Shown here: in pieces, positions 1-8,320 of the stretch
How the letters are laid out: each line of letters begins with the position of its first letter
How positions within the stretch are numbered: the stretch's first letter is position 1
DNA from: an uncultured Chloroflexia bacterium
GTDB lineage: Bacteria > Chloroflexota > Ktedonobacteria > Ktedonobacterales > JADMIN01
Reading direction: 5' to 3'
Length of the DNA stretch: 32,000 nt
NCBI GenBank assembly: GCA_963718915.1
Contig: CAVRAI010000013.1
Span: 150,001-182,000, forward strand
Notes under the pieces: generated by a model
Seen by the model: the letters and a program-made list of their open reading frames with translations, nothing else
Database searches by the model: none
What the model was told of the DNA's origin: nothing
Program-made: the position numbers and the translations under genes

Positions 1-72
1 TACCTCTGGTGGTTTGGCATCGGCGCAACTCTCATCGGCACTCTGGGTGAAGTCTTTATTGATCGCCGGTAA
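1..72 (+). CDS. 3' end of a CDS entering from the left edge (hydrophobic C-terminus, function unknown)
   Basis: Frame 1 is open from the window edge and reads YLWWFGIGATLIGTLGEVFIDRR, with stop TAA at 70-72. Too short to assign a function. Confidence 0.3.
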   Translation, partial: YLWWFGIGATLIGTLGEVFIDRR

Positions 73-85
73 TCTGGTTGTGCCG

Positions 86-697
86 CTAAGCCTGCTCTTC
101 GAGACGCAGAGCGCGTCGCCAGTCGTCGGGGGTGTTCACGTTGAAGGCGGATAGTCCTTCTGGGTCTTCATGGCGGGCGGTCTCCATGTCAACTGTCACG
201 ACGGCAAGTTGCGCAAGGAGCGCATGGAGCGAGTGGTCGCTCGCTTTCAGCGCGCGCTCGACTGCTGGCAGACACCTGCGCGAATAGACAGCATGCAAGG
301 GCTGCATACGTCCATCGGTGTTCAACGCCACAGCATCAGCATCTGCGCGTGTCTCGGCGAGCGCCAGCATAGCCTGCGCTAAACCTGGACATATGAACGG
401 CATGTCGCAGGCGACCAAAAAGATGCGTGCGCTTGTGGAGACGGTAAGGGCGGTGTACAGCCCACCGAGCGGACCAATCGAAGGAAGAGCATCTTCGACA
501 ACTCGCGCTTCTGGCGCTAATGACGCCAGGGATTGTGGGCCAATCACTAACACCTCATCTACGGCAGGTGAAAGCCTGCGCACCACACGCGTTAGTAGTG
601 GCTCGCCCCCAAACGCCATCTCAGCCTTGTTCTCGCCCATACGTCGGCTTTGACCGCCCGCAAGGATCACTCCGATTTTGCCAGCCATCGCCACCAT
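86..697 (-). CDS. mobA: Molybdenum cofactor guanylyltransferase (MobA-like NTP transferase)
   Basis: 203-aa ORF. The N-terminal GVILAGGQSRRMGENKA matches the LAGGxSxRMG nucleotide-binding signature. A later VACDMPF motif and the length are typical of MobA. The start could also be the ATG at 688. Confidence 0.8.
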   Translation of the reverse strand: MVAMAGKIGVILAGGQSRRMGENKAEMAFGGEPLLTRVVRRLSPAVDEVLVIGPQSLASLAPEARVVEDALPSIGPLGGLYTALTVSTSARIFLVACDMPFICPGLAQAMLALAETRADADAVALNTDGRMQPLHAVYSRRCLPAVERALKASDHSLHALLAQLAVVTVDMETARHEDPEGLSAFNVNTPDDWRRALRLEEQA

Positions 698-718
698 TGC
701 CTAATCCGAACAAATCGC

Positions 719-1318
719 TCACACCGTCACGAGGTCCTTGATACGATCATACGTCGCCTGGCTAACAGGAACCAACAGAAGCTGGCTTATGGACGTGAAT
801 GAACCATGTGCGCTGCGATATGCAACGATTTTACGCGCGATTGAGGTGGTGATGCCCAGCGCATTGTGCAGGTCGGTCTCGGTGGCAACATTCAGATTCA
901 GTTTGCCGCCCAACTGGAGAGGTATCTGCTCGCCCAGCCGGGGAACGTAGATTGCCTGACCGTCGGCAAGCAGTGCGGCCAAATCGACGCGGGTGATGTC
1001 AGCGTTATCTAGCAGACCGCCCGCCGACTCCACCAGTTCGCGAACACGCGCGCCGCTATGCAGGCTATACACACCCGGCCGTAGCACGGCGCCGAGTACG
1101 TATCCCTCGATCTGCTGTGTGGTTCCTGGTCCGGTGATGGCAACTGTTGGATGAGCGCGCAGAAACGCTGGCGGCCAGTTCCCCGCGCGGTTGAGAGTTT
1201 GAACGGCAATGCCGATGCTCAGCGCGCTTATCAGCAGTAACAGGCACGCATTCATGTAACGCCATGCCAGTATTCTGCCAATTGGGCCACTGATGTAAAC
1301 TACGCGACGTCGCGCCAT
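719..1318 (-). CDS. comEA: ComEA-like DNA-binding protein (membrane anchor + SLBB-like region + tandem helix-hairpin-helix)
   Basis: 199-aa ORF with an N-terminal TM segment (CLLLLISALSIGIAV). The C-terminal LNLNVATETDLHNALGITTSIARKIVAYRSAHGSFTSISQLLLVPVSQATYDRIKD is a typical ComEA HhH pair. It stops 21 nt upstream of the mobA start, so co-transcription is likely. Confidence 0.8.
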   Translation of the reverse strand: MARRRVVYISGPIGRILAWRYMNACLLLLISALSIGIAVQTLNRAGNWPPAFLRAHPTVAITGPGTTQQIEGYVLGAVLRPGVYSLHSGARVRELVESAGGLLDNADITRVDLAALLADGQAIYVPRLGEQIPLQLGGKLNLNVATETDLHNALGITTSIARKIVAYRSAHGSFTSISQLLLVPVSQATYDRIKDLVTV

Positions 1319-1440
1319 ATACGTCTCACAACGCTAAACCATCTTTACGACAATCTGATTGCACCTGGGGAAGCTGAGCCAAGTATAGCAGGGTAGCAAT
1401 GACCTGGCAAGTGGGAGATACGCGGGAACCAAACGAAGTG

Positions 1441-1466
1441 GCCCCTGCATCGCGTAATGCAGGGGC
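1441..1466 (-). terminator. Candidate intrinsic terminator downstream of pruA
   Basis: Perfect 10-bp stem GCCCCTGCAT / ATGCAGGGGC with a 6-nt loop, 23 nt after the pruA stop. On the minus strand it is followed by CACTTCGTTTGGTT, only a moderate U-tract. Confidence 0.45.
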
Positions 1467-1488
1467 ATCCTGATGAGGAGAATATTCG

Positions 1489-3072
1489 CTAGCGGATTTT
1501 CTCGGAGATTGCCTTAGCTTGCGTGAAGAGCATCAGATAGTCACGTCCGCCCGCCTTGGAATCAGTCCCCGACATGTTGAAACCGCCAAAGGGATGGACA
1601 CCCACCAGCGCGCCAGTGCTCTTGCGGTTGATATAGAGGTTACCTACATGGAACTCACGCATCGCGCGGGCAATACGCTCGCGGTCGGTCGAGAAGAACG
1701 ACCCCGTTAACCCATACTGGGTGTTATTTGCGATTGCCAGCGCATCGTCGAAGTCACGCGCTCTGATAACCGCTAATACCGGCCCGAAGACCTCTTCCTG
1801 CGCAAGGCGCGCGGTTGGCGCCACATCCGCGACAACCGTTGGCTGGATGAAGTAGCCATCCTGTATGGCTGGCTCACCACCCGTGAGCACTCTACCTTCG
1901 TTCTGGCCAATCTCGATGTACTGCTGAATCTTCTGATAGGCGTTCTTATCGACCACTGGCCCCATGCCGTTGGCCTGGTCAGTCGTATCACCTACCCTCA
2001 ACTGCTTCGTCTTCTCTACCACTTTCTCGACAACCTGGTCATAGATAGCATCGACAAGAATCGCCCGCGAACAGGCCGAACACTTCTGCCCCTGGAAGCC
2101 AAACGCCGACGCCACGATAGCGCTGGCGGCGGCATCGAGATCGGCCGTCTCATCTACGACGATGCCATCCTTGCCGCCCATTTCGAGCACGGCGCGCTTC
2201 ACCCAGATTTGCCCCTCAGCGGGGTGCGCCGCCAGCTCGTTAATACGTAGACCAACTTCACGCGATCCGGTGAACGAGACGAAGCGCGTGAGCGGATGCT
2301 GGACTAGCGCATCGCCAATCGACCCGCCTGGCCCTGGCAGGAAGCTGACCACGCCCTTCGGCACGCCCGCCTCTTCCAGCAGGTCTACAAAGCGCGCGGC
2401 AATGAGCGCGGCAGTGCTGGCGGGCTTGAGAATCACGGTATTGCCTGTCACCAGCGCCGACGTCGTCAGGCCAACCATGATGGCGCACGGAAAGTTCCAT
2501 GGCGGAATGACTGCCCCGACACCGAGTGGGATGTACACCAGGTCGCTCTCTTCTTCGGGGATCTGTGTCAGCGGCTGCTTACCTGACAACCGAAGCGCAT
2601 CACGCGCATAGAATTCCATGAAGTCAATGGCCTCGGCGGTGTCGCCATCGGCCTCCGGCCAACTCTTGCCAACCTCATAGATCATCAGCGCGTTGAAGTA
2701 GAAACGGCGCTCGCGCATCAAATGCGCCGCCTTCAGGAGATAGCCCGCCCGCTCTTCGGCTGGTGTATACTGCCAGGTCTGGAAGCGCTTCCACGCGGCT
2801 TCGACCGCCTCGTTGACCTCTGCGACACCAGCTTTGGCGAACACCGCAAGCACCTGATCTGGATGCGCAGGATTGTTCGAAGTAAATGTCTCCGCCGTCA
2901 TGCGGCGCTCGCCCGCGATGATGAGCGGATACGTCCGCCCTAATTCTGACGCAACCTGGCGCAGGGCTTCCTGCTGCGCGCGGACATTCTCCTCGCGCGA
3001 AAAATCGGTGAAAGGCTGATTGGCAAAAGGTTCCAGCGCATCCACTGAAACACTCCCGGCAATGGTCGCCAT
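1489..3072 (-). CDS. pruA: L-glutamate gamma-semialdehyde (1-pyrroline-5-carboxylate) dehydrogenase, aldehyde dehydrogenase family
   Basis: Aldehyde dehydrogenase fold with catalytic Glu (LEMGGKD) and Cys in FGFQGQKCSACSR, the P5CDH-type signature. The start is moved to the ATG at 3072 (MATIAGSV...), which has an AAGGAGAG Shine-Dalgarno 8 nt upstream. The longer ORF-track start (3117) lacks one. Confidence 0.9.
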   Translation of the reverse strand: MATIAGSVSVDALEPFANQPFTDFSREENVRAQQEALRQVASELGRTYPLIIAGERRMTAETFTSNNPAHPDQVLAVFAKAGVAEVNEAVEAAWKRFQTWQYTPAEERAGYLLKAAHLMRERRFYFNALMIYEVGKSWPEADGDTAEAIDFMEFYARDALRLSGKQPLTQIPEEESDLVYIPLGVGAVIPPWNFPCAIMVGLTTSALVTGNTVILKPASTAALIAARFVDLLEEAGVPKGVVSFLPGPGGSIGDALVQHPLTRFVSFTGSREVGLRINELAAHPAEGQIWVKRAVLEMGGKDGIVVDETADLDAAASAIVASAFGFQGQKCSACSRAILVDAIYDQVVEKVVEKTKQLRVGDTTDQANGMGPVVDKNAYQKIQQYIEIGQNEGRVLTGGEPAIQDGYFIQPTVVADVAPTARLAQEEVFGPVLAVIRARDFDDALAIANNTQYGLTGSFFSTDRERIARAMREFHVGNLYINRKSTGALVGVHPFGGFNMSGTDSKAGGRDYLMLFTQAKAISEKIR

Positions 3073-3171
3073 TGATGGCACTCTCCTTTGAGGCAAAGAA
3101 CATCGGCGCGGATGCATCGTTTTCTCAACCGCTTTGCATCATGTGGCCCGAATTGTTACTCGAATGTCCTC

Positions 3172-3177
3172 ATTGTA
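3172..3177 (-). promoter_or_regulatory. Candidate -10 box (TACAAT) for pruA
   Basis: On the minus strand GCGGTACAATGAGG lies about 100 nt upstream of the pruA start. The -35 is weak (CTGCAA at 17-nt spacing). Confidence 0.25.
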
Positions 3178-3332
3178 CCGCGAAGCGTGTGCGCTTGCAG
3201 GCTGTCAGTCGTCTCTACACACGAGTCTCTGGCATCCTGTCACACATCTGAGGAATAATCATCACCGGGAGCGTACAATCGGCGAAGCCGACTGACGACT
3301 GTGGCGAATCTGGCATGAGGTGGATAGAACGT

Positions 3333-5975
3333 ATGAGTGAGACGGATTTTTTTACTCAGACAGCCCTTGACCTGGAATCCTGCGTGACGCCCGAACAGGA
3401 AGACGCCGCGCTCGGCGCCTATTTGTTGCTCTATCTTCGCCAGCACTTCGATGCGGATCGGGGCACATGGCAGGCATCCGATGACCGCGACACCCTGCGC
3501 CGTACCTGTCACGCCGTCGAGGTACTCCACCGGCTCAATTTTGATGCGCAGTCGCGCCAGATGATTCGGGACGGCGGTGACTGGCTCATCAACATGCCCT
3601 TTCGCGACCGGCTCAGTGCCGATGAGCGCGCGAATCTCCACCTCTATCCAAGTCGCTTCAAGACGCTCGCCTACCTGGATCGCTTCGACGACGACCAGGT
3701 GCGCGGTGACTTCGCCAACCTCCTGAGCAAAGCGGTCGGAGGCATGTTGCGCAATGTTGGCGAGTCAGATGTCCTCACCACATGCATCACGCTTGACACC
3801 TTGCTGACCCTCGAACGCCATGGGCAGCGGCGCGCCGTCTGCTCCGATGATCGATTGAACGCCGTCGTGGGCGCGCTGCTCCAGCAATTCAAGTCCTGGA
3901 AGCCGGGAAGACCAATCCCTCAAGCGCCATCGGCCAGCACCGCAAAACCACCGGCGCGTCGGCCAGTCACGCGGTGTGAGGTGGATAATCCCCGTGACCT
4001 GAGCTATGTGCTTGGCCTTTTGCTGCAGGTGGATAGATCAAGCCTCTCCGCGCTCCAGGTGAATCGCATCCTGTCGGAGCTGCTTCTGACGTTGAAACAA
4101 CGTGACCGCACGCGTCAGAGCGACATCGTGCCATCGCTCTACGTCGCGCTCCAGCTTGCCGAACACTTTCATGGCGACGAACAGGTACAGGTGGAAATCG
4201 CGAGCCTGCTGCACGATGTGCGCGACCTTTACCAGCGTCCCGATGCGGTGCGGCGATGGGATCTGGCGACACATACCCTGGTGCTACGCCTGTTACTGAC
4301 CCTGCATGACGCGATCAGTGGAGATAGCCTGTCACATTTTGTCGCCGCTCATCTGCTCCATGAGGCGGAGCAGCGGCGTGTCATCGCGCAAAACACACTC
4401 GAAATCGAGCTTACGACCGTCATTCGCGAGCGCATGCAGGTACGACTCGGGGGTGTCGAGGAACTATCGGGCGGCTTCACCAGCGATCACATATTCCGGG
4501 TGCCGTTCAGCTATTGGTTTCCCGTCCCTGGATTCGATGGCGACCGACCTTTCCTAACCGGAGCAGTGCCGACCACCTCGCTCATTATCAAGCGTAGCAC
4601 GAGCGACGCTTTCCACACAGCGACCACAAACTACAATCTGCTGCCACAGCGATTACGTGGGTATTTCGTGCGCCAGCCCGCTGAGTCACAGGTCTACAAG
4701 TCCGGGCTCTCCTCGTCGTATTACCTGCCGATGGAAGACCTGGCAGATATGCGCACCTTCTACGACGTGTTCAATGAGATGGATCAGCGGGCGGTCTCCG
4801 CAAGCCAGATGCGTCTGTTACAGATCGCCGCCGAACAGATCTGTCGTGTCTCGTTCGCGCTCTTCGGGGAGTCCGCCGATGGACACACTCCGTTTCCCGG
4901 AACACAGATTGCGCGTCTCTATCTCTCGCGCATCGAGAAGAGTCTGATGCGAGGCCTTGTCCGCGTGCCGTGGCTCAAAAACCTGATCCAGGGATTCCAT
5001 GTTGGTAACCAGCGGTATAAGGGATTAGACTACTACCTGGCGCTCATCAATCGGCATGCGACCTTGCTTCAGCCACACGCGCTCGGCCTGGCACATGGCG
5101 ATTTCCACGCCCGCAATATCATGGTGAGCGAGCGTGGGAATGAAGTCAAGCTCATCGACCTCGACAAACTCGACTGGTCAGGCGATTACCTGGCCGACCT
5201 GGGCAACTTGTTAACCGATATCTGTATCTATCGTCGGGTAAGCGAGCCAGAGAGCGACTATGGCCTGGCGCGAAACGACCTGGCGTTGAGCAAATCGTCC
5301 GAGCCAGGCCTTGCTGAGAATACCCTCCGCTATCCGTCCCTCGGACGTCCGGCCACCATCGCCTTTCAACTTTCCGTTCTAGAACAGATCGAAAGCTTTG
5401 CCAGTGAGTTAGGTGATACGTCATGGAAGCCGCGACTCTGGCTGGCCGCCGCAACCGCGCTCATCGTGCGTGTCGCATTCCACGCGGAACGGGAGGTGGC
5501 CGCCGTTCTCTTCGGTGAATCCGTGCGGCTGTTGCATGAACTGACGCGCTATCTGGAACAGGGCCAACAAAATCAGCAATTGCCGCCACTGCTGGCGCCT
5601 GCTGTCACCACAACTCCGACGTCTCCACAAAGCGATATGCCAGACTGGGCAATGCCGCACGCGATTCTGCGCGAGGTACACGAGGGATTGCGCGGGCTTG
5701 GCCTGCGCACGGAATGTGACCACGAGACAATCCGCTATTTTCCGCGGCGTAATGGACAAACGCCATTCGCATTGCTCGCGCCAGCACGACGCGACGGCAT
5801 CGCCCGTCTCTTCCTGCGAGCGGACTCGTCGCGACCACTGCCCGCTAGTCCGTTACAGGTCATTCCACCAAAACCCCAGCCTGATCCTTTGAATACCATT
5901 GTCATCATAACAGCGAGTAGCTCGCCAAGCGAAGTGCTAGCTCTGGCAAAAGTCTGCCTGGATGCGCTGAAATAG
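3333..5975 (+). CDS. Large multidomain protein: N-terminal alpha-helical repeat region + central APH/choline-kinase-type phosphotransferase domain + small C-terminal domain
   Basis: Kinase-like signatures: LSGGFTSDHIFRV (Gly-rich loop), IIKR (Lys), HGDFHARNIMV at about 5094-5126 (HxDxxxxN catalytic loop) and KLIDLD at about 5149-5166 (metal-binding Asp). The start is set at ATG 3333 (MSETDFF), with GAGGTGGA 8 nt upstream. ATG 3315 is an alternative. Confidence 0.7.
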   Translation: MSETDFFTQTALDLESCVTPEQEDAALGAYLLLYLRQHFDADRGTWQASDDRDTLRRTCHAVEVLHRLNFDAQSRQMIRDGGDWLINMPFRDRLSADERANLHLYPSRFKTLAYLDRFDDDQVRGDFANLLSKAVGGMLRNVGESDVLTTCITLDTLLTLERHGQRRAVCSDDRLNAVVGALLQQFKSWKPGRPIPQAPSASTAKPPARRPVTRCEVDNPRDLSYVLGLLLQVDRSSLSALQVNRILSELLLTLKQRDRTRQSDIVPSLYVALQLAEHFHGDEQVQVEIASLLHDVRDLYQRPDAVRRWDLATHTLVLRLLLTLHDAISGDSLSHFVAAHLLHEAEQRRVIAQNTLEIELTTVIRERMQVRLGGVEELSGGFTSDHIFRVPFSYWFPVPGFDGDRPFLTGAVPTTSLIIKRSTSDAFHTATTNYNLLPQRLRGYFVRQPAESQVYKSGLSSSYYLPMEDLADMRTFYDVFNEMDQRAVSASQMRLLQIAAEQICRVSFALFGESADGHTPFPGTQIARLYLSRIEKSLMRGLVRVPWLKNLIQGFHVGNQRYKGLDYYLALINRHATLLQPHALGLAHGDFHARNIMVSERGNEVKLIDLDKLDWSGDYLADLGNLLTDICIYRRVSEPESDYGLARNDLALSKSSEPGLAENTLRYPSLGRPATIAFQLSVLEQIESFASELGDTSWKPRLWLAAATALIVRVAFHAEREVAAVLFGESVRLLHELTRYLEQGQQNQQLPPLLAPAVTTTPTSPQSDMPDWAMPHAILREVHEGLRGLGLRTECDHETIRYFPRRNGQTPFALLAPARRDGIARLFLRADSSRPLPASPLQVIPPKPQPDPLNTIVIITASSSPSEVLALAKVCLDALK

Positions 5976-5999
5976 CCGCTAAATGGGAGACAGTGAAAC

Positions 6000-7451
6000 T
6001 CAGCCGACCAGGGAAGTCTGAGCGACTGACGGCTTGCCTGTTAGCTGTGTCCGGCGCTCTTCATAGGCGTTGATAACGGCGACGCGGCTTCTCTCGCCTG
6101 ACGAGCCCGGCCACGCGCGCATGACGTTCGTATGCACGGCATCGAGTAACATCAGTGGCATGTCGGAGATACGCGCGCCGTGGCGCTCTCCGCGTTCGCG
6201 TTTTGCTAGCGGTCCCAGATACATTGCCAGTTCGCGGTAGAGATCGGCCATCATGTCGGCAGAATCTTTGAACGCTCTCTCTTCGCCCAGGTTTATATTC
6301 ATGACAAGCTGGCAATCGGCGAAAAGTTGCGCAATAGCATCCGCAACGCGCGCGATCCGTCGTGGGTCGTCGGATGTCCAGGAGACATGCTCCCGCCAGT
6401 AGACTAGCAAGTACGGTTCGCGCCGCCGCTCCTGGCGACAAAATCCGTGGCGCATGCCCGTCCACAGCGCATCTAGCCGCTCCGGCGCCTGGCGCAGCTC
6501 TCGGAATAGCCCGGAATAGAGGTCATGATCGCTATCGTCGATAGGGTGGCCCACTGCGGTCGCCTGCAACATTACGCCCGCAAGCAGGAAACCGAGATAG
6601 TAGGATATAGCATTGGGAGCAGCCGCGGCATTCTGCGAGCAACCTGTCAGCAGATTCTTCAGGGCACGATAGCGCGAGCGATCATAACTGTTGGCCAGTT
6701 CCGCGCGGCGATCACGTCGACCAACAAGAAATGCCCCAATCACCGTGGCCATGGCGCGCACCGTGCCGAAATCGCCTCGCCCGGTCGCCGACGACATTCC
6801 GGACTGCAAGACCGAGAACCCGTCAAGAGACTCCCACTGGCTCACTGGCTGGCGGCGCAATTCACGGATGGCCCAGAGCGCTGCGTATTCGCCTGAGAGA
6901 CGCCAGGGCAGATTCCACAGATAGCCGATCATCAAGATAACGACCGCCGCAAACCAGAGTAGCACCTGCCAAAGCTGCGCCATGTAGATAGGCGGCTCCA
7001 GAAAGTAGACGAGCGTCACCCCAGTTGTAGCACACCAGCAGAGCAGGAATGGTCCAAGCGAGAGCAGGACAGCGCGCACCAGGGCAAGCGAGTGTTCCTG
7101 GCTAGCAATCTGCAAAGTTGTCGCGTTGAAACCGATCACGACCGCGATGATAACCGCAAGCGCCGTGAGGTCAGCGCCAAGGAATCCGCCAATGTCGACC
7201 CCACTTCCGGCGAGCGCCGAGGCTCCGCGTGCGAGCAGCGGCACATTGAAATCGAGCAGCGGCAACGCCCAACCTAAAACGCATCCCAACACCAGCAAAA
7301 GCGCACCGACAATCGTCAACACCGCACCGATACGTCGTGCGGGCCGTAAAGCCCAAGCAGTCATCCCATCCGCCACTTTCACCATATTGACGACACACAG
7401 CGGCCAGGCGGTGCGCCACCCCATACTCTCGCATGTCGCCAGAACAAACAT
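6000..7451 (-). CDS. Integral membrane protein of unknown function (4-6 N-terminal TM helices + about 270-aa soluble C-terminal domain)
   Basis: Long ORF with clear hydrophobic helices (IGAVLTIVGALLLVLGCVLGWALPLL, LTALAVIIAVVIGF, LLSLGPFLLCWCATTGVTLVYFL, VLLWFAAVVILMIGYLW). The start is trimmed to the ATG at 7451 (MFVLATC...) because the ORF-track start overlaps the end of nth. The exact start is uncertain (MVKVADG is an alternative). I recognise no family. Confidence 0.6.
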   Translation of the reverse strand: MFVLATCESMGWRTAWPLCVVNMVKVADGMTAWALRPARRIGAVLTIVGALLLVLGCVLGWALPLLDFNVPLLARGASALAGSGVDIGGFLGADLTALAVIIAVVIGFNATTLQIASQEHSLALVRAVLLSLGPFLLCWCATTGVTLVYFLEPPIYMAQLWQVLLWFAAVVILMIGYLWNLPWRLSGEYAALWAIRELRRQPVSQWESLDGFSVLQSGMSSATGRGDFGTVRAMATVIGAFLVGRRDRRAELANSYDRSRYRALKNLLTGCSQNAAAAPNAISYYLGFLLAGVMLQATAVGHPIDDSDHDLYSGLFRELRQAPERLDALWTGMRHGFCRQERRREPYLLVYWREHVSWTSDDPRRIARVADAIAQLFADCQLVMNINLGEERAFKDSADMMADLYRELAMYLGPLAKRERGERHGARISDMPLMLLDAVHTNVMRAWPGSSGERSRVAVINAYEERRTQLTGKPSVAQTSLVG

Positions 7452-7461
7452 CAGTAGCGCA

Positions 7462-8187
7462 TTAGCCCTTCGCCGTACGTGGTTTCTTGCTCGTCTTTGA
7501 CGGAAGCGACGTGGGCGCGGCGGCCAGATTCGCCTGTCCAGTGGGACAGAGAGCGACCAGCGTGCACTCTTCACAGAGCGGTCGGCGGGCCTGGCAAACC
7601 GCTCGTCCGTGATAGATCAGCATGTGCGAGAGTGGGAGCCAGTCTTTTCGCGGAACAAGCGCCATGAGATCCTGCTCGACGCGCACTGGATCATCACTGG
7701 TGGTGAGTCCAAGGCGGCGCGCCAACCGGCCCACATGGGTATCCACGACAACACCTTCCACGATGCCATAGGCGTTGCCCATTACCACATTCGCTGTCTT
7801 GCGCGCGACGCCGGGCAGGGCTGTCAACTCCACCATGGTATGCGGCACAACACCGCCGTACCGCTCGACCAGCATGCGCCCCGCATCCCGCAGGTGCTTC
7901 GCCTTGCTGCGGTAAAAGCCGGTCTTGCGAACATCCTGCTCAAGCTCTTCCAGTGGCGCATCGGCGTAGTCCGCTGCCGTTCGATACTTTTTGAACAAAG
8001 CAGGCGTCACAGAATTGACCAGCACATCGGTACATTGCGCGGAGAGAATCGTGGCGACAAGTAATTCGAGCGGCGTGTTGAAGTCCAGCGAACATTTCGC
8101 GTCGGGATAGAGCCGATAGAGTTCGGCGACGATCTCCTGCGCCCGCTTCTGATCAGCAGCCGACGACTTCGAGGATGGTTCAGCCAT
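7462..8187 (-). CDS. nth: Endonuclease III (DNA-(apurinic/apyrimidinic site) lyase / base-excision glycosylase)
   Basis: HhH-GPD core (LVATILSAQCTDVLVN, LTALPGVARKTANVV, VDTHV) and a C-terminal 4Fe-4S motif CQARRPLCEECTLVALC (C-x6-C-x2-C-x5-C). The start at 8187 (MAEPSS) has an AAGGAG Shine-Dalgarno. The 73-codon upstream extension in the ORF track is not supported. Confidence 0.9.
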   Translation of the reverse strand: MAEPSSKSSAADQKRAQEIVAELYRLYPDAKCSLDFNTPLELLVATILSAQCTDVLVNSVTPALFKKYRTAADYADAPLEELEQDVRKTGFYRSKAKHLRDAGRMLVERYGGVVPHTMVELTALPGVARKTANVVMGNAYGIVEGVVVDTHVGRLARRLGLTTSDDPVRVEQDLMALVPRKDWLPLSHMLIYHGRAVCQARRPLCEECTLVALCPTGQANLAAAPTSLPSKTSKKPRTAKG

Positions 8188-8283
8188 GTAGATATGCTCC
8201 TTGTTGCGCCATACAGCCCAAAGCCAGCCCCAGCACGTCAGTCGCCATACAGCATGAGTATACACCGCCCGCAAGGCATCGCG

Positions 8284-8312
8284 AAAATAGCACACTGCTG
8301 GTTGCGCGTCAA
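8284..8312 (-). promoter_or_regulatory. Candidate sigma-70-type promoter for nth
   Basis: The minus strand reads TTGACG (8312-8307), a 17-nt spacer ending in TGC, then TATTTT (8289-8284). That is a good -35 plus an extended -10. It lies just downstream of the giant GT-C ORF stop and about 95 nt upstream of the nth start. Confidence 0.4.
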
Positions 8313-8320
8313 GAAAGCAA

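Noticed and set aside
3240-3641. 133-aa minus-strand ORF spanning the pruA/kinase intergenic region and the 5' end of the kinase-fusion gene.
   Set aside because: It overlaps the much longer plus-strand ORF that has clear kinase motifs, and it has no Shine-Dalgarno or recognisable motifs. It is probably a shadow ORF.
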